Origin: the human T2T-CHM13v2.0 reference genome, Homo sapiens | NCBI RefSeq assembly: GCF_009914755.1 | Contig: NC_060937.1 | Direction: 5' to 3' (one strand) | DNA length: 64,000 nucleotides | Shown: one piece after another, positions 54,598-64,000 of the stretch | Numbering within the stretch: position 1 is the stretch's first letter | Layout of the letters: each line of letters begins with the position of its first letter | The notes under the pieces: model-generated | Seen by the model: the letters and a program-made list of their open reading frames with translations, nothing else | Told to the model about the DNA's origin: nothing | Database searches by the model: none | Program-made: the position numbers and the translations under genes

Positions 54598-56051
54598 TTA
54601 GCCGGAGGACGCTCCTGGTTTCTTTCTTCATGGGAGCAGCCAAGGCAGAAAAAGACTATACCTGCCTCTGGGGAGCATCAAACAGACCTGTTTCTTTAGG
54701 GTCCCTTCTGCAGAGAGGCTGGACAGAGGCGGGAGGGTGACTGAGTAGCCTCATGAACTCTGAAAAGTAAAGGCTAAGATGACTGCACTCAGGAGAGGCC
54801 CTTAAAGGATGACCAAGAAATACATGAGAATGGGCAAAGGGACAATTTCACCTGCAGAACCAAGAGTCCTGCAGACACAACCCCCAACCGGCCCTCTCCA
54901 AGTCTGGCTTGAAACTCCGGGCCACTGGGGTAAATGCTGCTGCAGCTATGTAAAGGGGAAAAGGAGGGGCAAACACGGCTTTATGTTTGGCTGTTGGAAA
55001 ATTCTGCTAGTCCTAATTTAGAGAAAGACTTACTGAAACGCTATGGGCAAAAGAGACCTTCCCAAAATTATCTTAGACGTACAGGAAACCCAGTGGGCAC
55101 TACAGAGAGACAGGGGATTCCATTTTCCCTGGACCAATGCCAGCTTCCTTACGCTGGGTCTTCTCTCACCGCCCCGTGTTTGTGCTGCTGTTTTTCATGG
55201 AAGTCCCCATGCGCCAACAGGAGGATAGGTGTGGTCTGTTAAAAAGAAGTGGAGCCTGTGGGCTTGAGCCCAGCGACTGGGAAAAGTCACTTTTCCTTTC
55301 TGAGAATGCTTGTCTTCATCTGTAAACGGGAATACTGAAAACTATGTCCCAGGGTCTCATGTATGTGACATTCGTTCATTAAATGAACATGTCTGATGCT
55401 GCTAGGAATAATTCACTCACGAGTTCTAGAACACCATGGACTCGTGTCTGGGTCAGAGCAAGGACAAGCAAGGAACCGTGAAGTCTGATCAGTGTGTGTG
55501 TGCGCGCGGGTATGGTTTGGGTTGTCCAAATATCTGACCCAACTTTACTTTAAATATGTCATCTAGGATTATTCATGGTAAGAAAGCAACCTGCAGACGT
55601 TCACTATTTGAGAGCCACTTTATTTGTTCTATATGAGACGTTCAGTACGATTGATTTTGTATGCAGTTGTACTCATCAGCAAGCACCTATAAGAGCCCCC
55701 ACTCACCCTGCTCACAGGAAATGTCAGGACTCAGGCATGGGCCCCACAGAAATAGGGCCAGCTGGGGTCTTGGGTTCGAAACTGCTGTTGCTGCTGCCCA
55801 GCCAGGTGATGTTGGTGCGAGTATTCAACTCTTTACACTGTAGTTACATTTCTAAAACTGGGTTAAAATAGTTCTTACCTTATGCACGTGCCCAGAGGAG
55901 CAAGAAGAAATTGGCTGTAGAGAGTTTAGCAATCTTAGCATTGCGGTGCTTGATCAACACTAGTTCACATCTACCTGGCTTTAGGTTGTTGTTTTTTAGG
56001 TCTTCATCCTCAATACCTAAAGAACTTGAAGCCACAGAGAGTGAAGTTCAA

Positions 56052-56118
56052 GTTAACTAGAGTTATTGTTAACTCTAGTTAACAGTATGAAATAATGAAA
56101 TATTCCATATTTCATTAT
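56052..56118. repeat. Two adjacent perfect inverted repeats (14-bp and 12-bp arms)
   Basis: gttaactagagtta-ttgt-taactctagttaac and ataatgaaatat-tcc-atatttcattat. Confidence 0.95.
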
Positions 56119-58340
56119 GGGCAGGTTGGGGGTTGTGTCTGCAGGATTCTCGGTTCTGCAGGTGAAATTGTCCCTTTGCCCATTCTCACGTATTTCTTGG
56201 TCATCCTTGAAGGGCCTCTCCTGAGTGCAGTCATCTTAGCCTAGAGTTACCTTAGCCATGGTACTGGGACAGGAGGAAGTGGGTCAGCAGGACTGGTGGG
56301 TGCGGGGGCCTGTGGGGGGAGGTTTTAGTCTTCACGATTCTGGTGCCTGGAGTGCTGAGACCCTGGTGGCTCTGAGCAGATGGCTGCTGAGTGAGAACTG
56401 GTGGAGATGCGCCTTCCTGATGCCTTGAGACGGTTATTTCCATTTTCCTTAAGTTTAGGAAATGTCACCCAAAGGAAACATTTTAATATTAATTAAATTT
56501 CAGTCAAGGTGTAACTAACTTATTTCCAGAACAAATGGAAACACTTATAAACAAAGAACAATTTGTTCAAATAACCATGAGATGCAAGTATAATTTAGCA
56601 AAGCAAGAAAACTCAAGAGGCTTTGGTTTGGCAACATGACATAAAAATGCAGAACAGAATCTTAGGAGAGAGTTTCCTTCTTGAGAGAGCAGAAAGATTC
56701 CCTCCATACCATTTCCTAGCAGTGCAACTACTTCTCAGATTAGCATGGAAAGGCCTCCCAGACTAGCCCGTACCCTCCAACAGCCAGGTGAGTCAGGCCA
56801 AGACGTGGGTTCCCTGAGGAAGATTCCCGCTGGAAATTTCAGGGAAGAACCTCACCTCCTTCCCTTTCTTCCTTATTTGGTAGTTGTCCTAATTGTAACA
56901 AGCATCCAAGTTACAATTCAAGACCAAGTAGGGACCTGAGGTGATCTCCTGTCCTGTCTGAAATCCACCTTCCTTTCCTAGCTGTTCCCGCCAGATTTCA
57001 GCGCCCTCTTCCCTTCTCCTCCCAAGACAGTCTTAGCTCAGACAGGATTTCCTTAGTCTTAGTCATCAGCTCTTATTGTCCGGCCTCCTCCTTCCTGTTG
57101 TAAAACAAGGAATCTTAACAGCAAGTAGGCCAAAATTGTGTATCTTCAGTGATATGTCAATTTCCTGCCGGTAAGTGCAGACATCAGGTTTTGTGGTGGT
57201 TACCCACATCAAGGCGCCAGAGGTTGGAAAAGTCAACGCATTTCTAGTTAAGGCACACCGCACAGTGAGTTTTCAGCTGTCTGCCTTGGCTTTTGTGAAT
57301 GTGTCTCTGTCCACCCGAAGGTTCTGGTTCTCGCATACTGGGCTCTCCTTTTGCCAGGCGCAGCCGCACAACCCAGGAACAGTCCTAACCCATTACATAA
57401 GGTGGCTAGGCGGGGCTGGCGGGTGGCACTGCCAGGTCACCTCCGGGCACTGGGTGACCCAGTCATTGGCCCCCTACGGCGACCCCCTGCCGCGTGGGTG
57501 CCACTGGCACCTCCCCTGGACTCCCAGTGCTGTGATTTCTGGGCGATTTCTCTGCTCTCCAACAAGAGTGATTTGTTATCTGCTTCTCACCTGATTGGAA
57601 TTTAATGGTCTAGAAACAAATGAGTTATTTCACTCAGGAGGGGGAAGGAAGTCAGATTAGTCATGCTGGTGCTTGATTTTTTTTTAATCCAAGAATTCTT
57701 TACTTAAGAAGTAAAAGCAATTAAGAATAGTACTGAATCCTGCCTAGAAGTTCCAGAACAAGGAATGGGATGACACCGATAGATATTTCAAATAACTGGA
57801 AAGTTTAGTTCCCTCTGAACAAAGTCTAACTCTGAGGCCATCTGCTTCTTTTTATATCAAAACAGAGCAGCGTCTCAAAGAAAATAAGTGTATTTAAAAG
57901 GAAAGATCATAGGTAGATAGAATTCATCCGTTTTAAAAGTTGCCTTTTTCTCCTTTTTATAGCACCTTTCAAAAACATCTCTTCTTTCAACACTTCTAGC
58001 TCATCAGTGAGAGAGAACAAAAGGCTACAACTGTTGATTCAGGCAACATTTTTGCCTTCATGTTGATTTTTCTTCCTCATTGGGTTTAATTAACTAGAGT
58101 GTCTAAGAATAAACATAGAAAAAAGGCCTGTTTCATGGGCTTTTCTTAGTCTTTCACATTTAAAAAAATTACCTTAGATCTTTATTCTTTCTAAATATTT
58201 CATGTGTTTAAAAACTAGGTAACTTTCCTGTAATAAAAAATAAAATCTTGGCACATTATCAATATAGCACCTACCTTACAAACACAGTGTTGATAAACTA
58301 ACCATCTGAAGATAATCTTACTAATGTCACATCAGGTCTC

Positions 58341-58396
58341 ATATATGTGCGTATTTATATAGTGTGCATGTGTGTGTGTGTGTATGTGTCTGTGTG

Positions 58397-58432
<36 letters not shown>

Positions 58433-58460
58433 TAGAGAGTGTACATATATATATACACAT
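58341..58460. repeat. Compound (TG)n(TA)n(CA)n microsatellite
   Basis: tgtgtgtgtg...tatatatatatatatata cacacacacacaca. Confidence 0.92.
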
Positions 58461-58484
58461 AATGCAAACCTGTGTCCATTTTTA

Positions 58485-59240
58485 ATATTTTTTTCATTGT
58501 TTTAAATTGTGGTAAAATATATGTAACATAAAATTTACCATTGTACCCATGTTTAAATGACAGTTCAGTGGCATTAAACATATCACATTTTTGTGCAACT
58601 GTCACCATTGTCCGTCTCCAGAACTTGCTCATCATCCTAAACAGAAATTCCATGTGCATTAAATACCTCTGCATCCCATCCTTCCCCCACCCTCTGTTAA
58701 TCTATTCTACTTTCTGTCACTTTGAGTGTGACTACTCTAGGGACCTCACAGAAGTGGAATCAGGCAGTGTTTGTCCTTTTGTGACTGGCTTACTTCGTTT
58801 AGTATAATGTCCTTGTATTAGTCCATGTTCATGCTACTGATAAAGACATAACCAAGACTGGGCAATTTACAAAAGAAAGAGGTTTAATCAACTTACATTT
58901 CCACGTGGCTGGAGAAACCTCACAATCATGGCAGAAGGCAAGGAGGAGCAAGTCACGTCTTACATGGATGGCAGCAGGCAAAGAGAGAATGTACCAGCAG
59001 GGGAAATGTCAGATGCTTATAAAACTAGATCTCAGGAGAACTCACTATCATGAGAACAGTATGGGGGAAACCATCCCCATAATTCAGTTAGCTCCACCTG
59101 GCCCCACCCTTGACATGTGGGGATGATTACAATTCAAGGTGAGATTTAGGTGGGGACACAGAGCCAAACCATATCAGTCCTGAAGATGCATCCATGTTGT
59201 AGTGAGTGGCAGAATTTCCTTCCTTTTTAAGCCCCAGTAA
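58485..59240 (-). mobile_element. L1MB-type 3' fragment split by an MST LTR
   Basis: ttgtggtaaaatatatgtaacataaaatttaccat...tttgtgactggcttacttcgtttagtataatgtcct|gaagatgcatccatgttgtag...cagaatttccttcctttttaag. Confidence 0.88.
58814..59176 (-). mobile_element. MSTA-like MaLR solo LTR with 5-bp TSD
   Basis: tgtattagtcc...ggggacacagagccaaaccatatca (TG...CA ends); gtcct duplicated at 58809-58813 and 59177-59181. Confidence 0.95.
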
Positions 59241-62200
59241 CAGTGCTATGCTTTTTAAAGTTCTTATTTTTAAACTCAGTTTTGTTTCTTTGGTTGACAG
59301 GTTTCAAATGGTTAATGTCAGGTATTGCAAATCAGAGAGGTTTAGGAAATGGCGATGTGAGACCCAGCTCCAGATGAAGGAGCAGGGGGCAAGGAAGCCT
59401 GGGGCTGGCCTGCCTGCCTGTCTCTCGGAGGCGGCCTGCCCGTGCCTCTGTTCTTGATGTTTGTTTTGCTTTCTGGTAAACGTTCACCACTCTCCCGAAG
59501 GAGGTTGGCTTGGGCCGCACTGAGTTGGTTTCCTCTGGGACAGGCATGGGAAGCTGTCCAGGAGGGAACCGGGTGTCTGGGTGGGAAGCCAGTGAGCGAG
59601 GTCTGGGTTGCCCACACAGGTGCAGGCACCAGACCTAAAGCAGTTCTCCTGGAGCAGTTCCTGAAGCCCCAGAACTGCGTGAGATTCCTCAGGAGGAGGA
59701 CAGGGGATGGACGCGTCAAGACAAGGGGAGAACACATATGGGGAACCCCGGGAGGGGCTGTGAGAGGAGGCTGTGATCGGGTGCAGGCCTAGATCTTCCC
59801 CATGGCTTCACCAAACTGACGGTCACCAGCCTCCCCTCTTCCTGTGGTACTGGGGTCAGAAGATGGAGAGTGGAGACAGGGAGCCGATGTCCACCTCTGG
59901 TCACTGCCCTTCTTCCCTGCTAGACTTCAGGTTGCTAAGGGCTGGGAACTTGGTTTATTCATCACCAGGTCCTCCCACAGCACAGGACCTTCACATAGAT
60001 GCTGGAGTAATTTTATTAAATCAGTGTGTTATTTAACTCTTCCACGGGGACCCTAAGATAGTTAAGGTTTCTCTGCAGGCGCAGCTGGCAGCATGATCAG
60101 AGGCTACTGAGGCCGCCCGAGTCAGGTCAGCTGGAGTGGGAGGGCGGATGCCCAGAGGAGGCTAACAAAGGGCGTGTTGCCATCTCCTTTTTACATTTTG
60201 AAGGCTTTGGCATGACCCCCAATACCAGCTGTTACAACCAACCCAGCCTGGGCACTGTTGCACAGTCTAGGAGGAGCAAGTAGACAAAGATATGGATCCA
60301 CTGATTCTATGAAAACTTGCAGCTGATTGAGGGGAGGTGTCAGTCCATGGGAAGTCCATACCACAGGGGTTGGGAGCTACATTCCCCAGAGTTCAAGGGC
60401 CTGTTGCTGCCCCACTGCCTTAGATTCCTATGACTGGACATCAGAGGCCCACTGGTGACTCTGGAATTTCTGTTGCACCCTCTGTGGTCAGGGAGCTCTA
60501 ACCAGGTGATGCCCCGATGCCTGGGAGGAGGAGCGCATCCACAGGCAGTTCCTTGCCTGAGATGATGTCAGGCATCGGGATGAGGGCCCCCCCTGTGGAA
60601 GCTGGACAGCCGTCTTGCTGTTTGCTTTTATATTTTTTGAGTTAGTCATGCTAAATATAATGTCTCTGCAGCTGTAAAACCTGGAGCTGAAGAGAATGAG
60701 TGTCTGGGAAGCTGGGGGCCAGCCCACAGGCTCCTCTCCTAGACAGACAGAGCATGCAGGATGCCCAGTGCCAGCTTCCCCTACCTGCTACCTGCAGTAT
60801 TGCATACAATAAGGGCAGGTGGAGTTGAAGTCAGAAAATTCCAAAGGAAAGGGGCTTCCTCCTCCACACCAAATCTAAGCACAGGCCCCAGGTGGCTCCC
60901 TGAGGACAGGGACCAAGCCATGGGCACGCTGCCCCCAGCGCCCAGCTGGGCATCTGCTGTAGCAGCTGGAGTCTAAGCCACACAATAGACAGAGCTGGTG
61001 GGAGGAAAGAGAGAGGGAAAGTCGAGATTCCTGGCCAGGACCGAAGCTAAGTAGTTTGGGGACTTTTTGTTCAGAATCACAACACAAATCATTATGCTGA
61101 GTGCGAAAGGCATGGCCCTCAAAAATGTGCACCTTGGGTCAACTGAAGGTTCCTCTCTCATTGGTTTCACTTGATTTGAATTACAGTCGAAAAAATTATT
61201 GGGTAGACAGACATTGGCTTATCTGCAAAGTCAAACTAATGCAAAATATGCTTCAACTGCAAGACAGAGTGCCAAACTATTTCAATTTAATAGCATGGTT
61301 TTTTTTTTTCTTGAGCTTCAATGCAAAGGGAAGCCAGGCATCTGGCCAGTGAGCAGTCTATGAGCTGAGCTGTGCTTTTCTTCAGGGCAGGCAGAGGTTG
61401 GCCAGTGGCCTTCTTGGCACTCCCAGAAACTCAGCTTCATGGGCGTCAAGGGTAAGAATGTGGAAGGTGGTCTGGTGGCCAAAATCACACAGTCCCTGGA
61501 TGTGGTGGTCACCATCCACCAATGTCCACTGGTGGGCGATAACTGGACTCGCTCCTTCTTGACACCTGTCCTGCTGGGCTCTTGATATTGAGGCTACTGG
61601 AGGAAGGAGCTTGCCTGAGAAGGCACTTCCACAAGGAGAGGGATCTGAGTCCACAGGGGAGGGGAGGTCTCTTCGCCTGCATGCATGAGAAAGCATACTG
61701 GACATGAAGCCCCAGTCCTGGCTGGGGGTCAGAAGAGATGGGCCGGAGCAGCACTGCCCGAACGGATGCACGTTTGACTCAGCCGATTTGGATCAGGCAG
61801 GTCTGGGGCTCCTGGGACTCTGCATTCCTAATGCTCCCAGGTGATGGTGGTGCTGCTGCCCAGGGTGCCACAGTGAGCAGCAGGTCCTAGAAGACAGCCT
61901 CTGGAGGGCTCTTCTGGCCTCGGGATTGTTTCTGCCTTGAGTGGTTGCTTTCTAGCAATAGAAAAATGTGTAGGTGGGGCCTCCCGGCCCCTGGAATCTC
62001 CCGCCAATCTTTAAAACGTGGTGAGGACCACCCTACGCTTGCCTGCTGATTGATACAGCTTTAGGAATTGGGTGAGGGAAAGATAATTTTCATCTGTTGG
62101 TTCTTTGGAAGGGTTAAGGAATTTCTCATTTACAAAGCTCTTTATCTTTTGACGTGTGGGACTGAGCCTTCCAGGATCATGTCATGCCTGAGAGCACGTT

Positions 62201-62978
62201 CGACCCTTAGCATGGCAAAAGCAGCCTTCACATGCACAAGGAGGATGGGGAGAAGAGGCATCGTAACTGACTGTATGAAAACGTCTGCGTCCCCACAAAG
62301 ATGGACTTTCTTACACCATCCACCTTAGCTCAGCCTTTTACCAAAGTTTAAGCCACATGTGTCCATAATAATAATCGGAAATCAACGCATTTTTAATAAG
62401 CATTTAGAACCAATGATCAGAAACAGAAAGTGACACTAATGCTTTGTGGAGAGTTTACCCGAAGATTTTTTTCTCTTTGAAATGAAGTCAAAAGCACATT
62501 CCTCCCCACCTGTTACCTCCCTAAGTTGTTAAAGGCAGCCCTGTTTCTCCTGGAGTGATACTTGATTCTCCCTGGTGATGGTCTGCCATGCATTGATGGG
62601 CTCTAGTTAAAACATCTCTCAGACAGAGTCCTTTGGAAAATTCCATGAAAGAAACCGCCTATTAGAGATAAAAGCAAAGGTTAAGTAACCAGATAGATCA
62701 TAGAAGTGTCTCCCAGGGAAATCGTATTGGAAGATCAGTGGCTGAGGTAAAGGACGCTGGGCTTGAACACTTAACTAAGGCTGCCTGATCACTGGAGGCT
62801 TCCTCCTGGAGGCTTCTAATCCCCGTGTCGCTTCAGCCTTTCTGTCTTCTCAGATTGCTTACCCCGGTAGGTGCTGCCCTTCCCTTCGGGACACGGAAGC
62901 TACACTTTGCTTTGTGCATTGTCAAGGAGGAGAAACAGGCACTTCCTGCCTTATGAATGTGTCCTGTTCCTGAATTTC

Positions 62979-63288
<310 letters not shown>

Positions 63289-63419
63289 TAAGTCATTTGC
63301 TCAGAACCCAGATGGCACCTGCCCTTCGCCCAGGGGTGAGGAGCTTCCACCTCGGAGTTCAAATTCATCTCCATCAGTCCCTGTGGAACCTGGGAGGAGA
63401 TCTGAATTTTTTTATTGGA

Positions 63420-63535
63420 AAATGCATCCCCTGTGAGATGAATTTATAATCCTCCCTCAGCAAGTTGCTGGTAGAATTAAATTCTACAGTGTACATAAGG
63501 TACTTAACCACAGTGTCTGGCATAGAATAAACACC
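63420..63535 (+). mobile_element. MIR fragment
   Basis: cctgtgagatg...agaattaaat...taaggtacttaaccacagtgtctggcatagaataaacac. Confidence 0.6.
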
Positions 63536-64000
63536 CAAAAGGTGCAATTCCTGCACTTTCCTCTCTACCCTCGTGCACCTAAACCTCAGCCTCCTCTGTC
63601 TGTCTCCCTAGTGGCAGCTGCCAGCCTTCTGCTCCCCTGAGTCACGGCGTCTTGGCAAGTACTGCCCAAAGTGTTTCAATACAGAGATAGCTCTTCAGCC
63701 TCTCTTTCCCTTAGCACATTGCAGGCCCCAGGAATTGTGGAAACAGGCTGTTTGAGGACATCTGTCATTTGAGCTTTCACTCACCCCAGCATGCTGGGGC
63801 CCTTCTTGGGCCCTGCAGCCTTCAGGGCGAGGTCACACAGAGGGGACACGCTGGGCCCTTCCTGCTGCCCCGCGCCTGTCTGGCTGCCTCATCAGTGACT
63901 CCTGGTCTGCTGGGAGGTGCCCAGTGGAACCCCCTACATCCCATCCGATTCCTAATCTATTTCCTGGTGGTCAACCTGGCCCTCTGCTCGGCCACCTGTG

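Overview
Human (primate) genomic DNA containing the head-to-head COL4A1/COL4A2 type IV collagen gene pair (established location 13q34). COL4A1 exon 1 (minus strand, signal peptide [28 protein letters not shown]) and COL4A2 exons 1-3 (plus strand, [33 protein letters not shown]) flank a ~130-bp TATA-less bidirectional promoter inside a CpG island at ~44-46.5 kb. Bases 1-44407 are COL4A1 intron 1, and 45588-64000 are COL4A2 intron 3. Both introns hold Alu, L1, L2, MIR, LTR and DNA-transposon remnants, a Y3 RNA retrocopy and simple/tandem repeats. Nearly all ORFs in the supplied track are non-coding noise. I find no new multi-gene system. The least explained structure is an 84-bp, ~85% identical, ungapped inverted repeat (25342-25425 / 26984-27067) that I do not recognise as a known repeat. 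Also notable: a uORF found only in the COL4A2 leader, a candidate upstream COL4A2 first exon, twin perfect hairpins at 56.05-56.12 kb and a G4-capable 34-bp VNTR. Repeat subfamily names and variant identities are from memory and need RepeatMasker/dbSNP confirmation.
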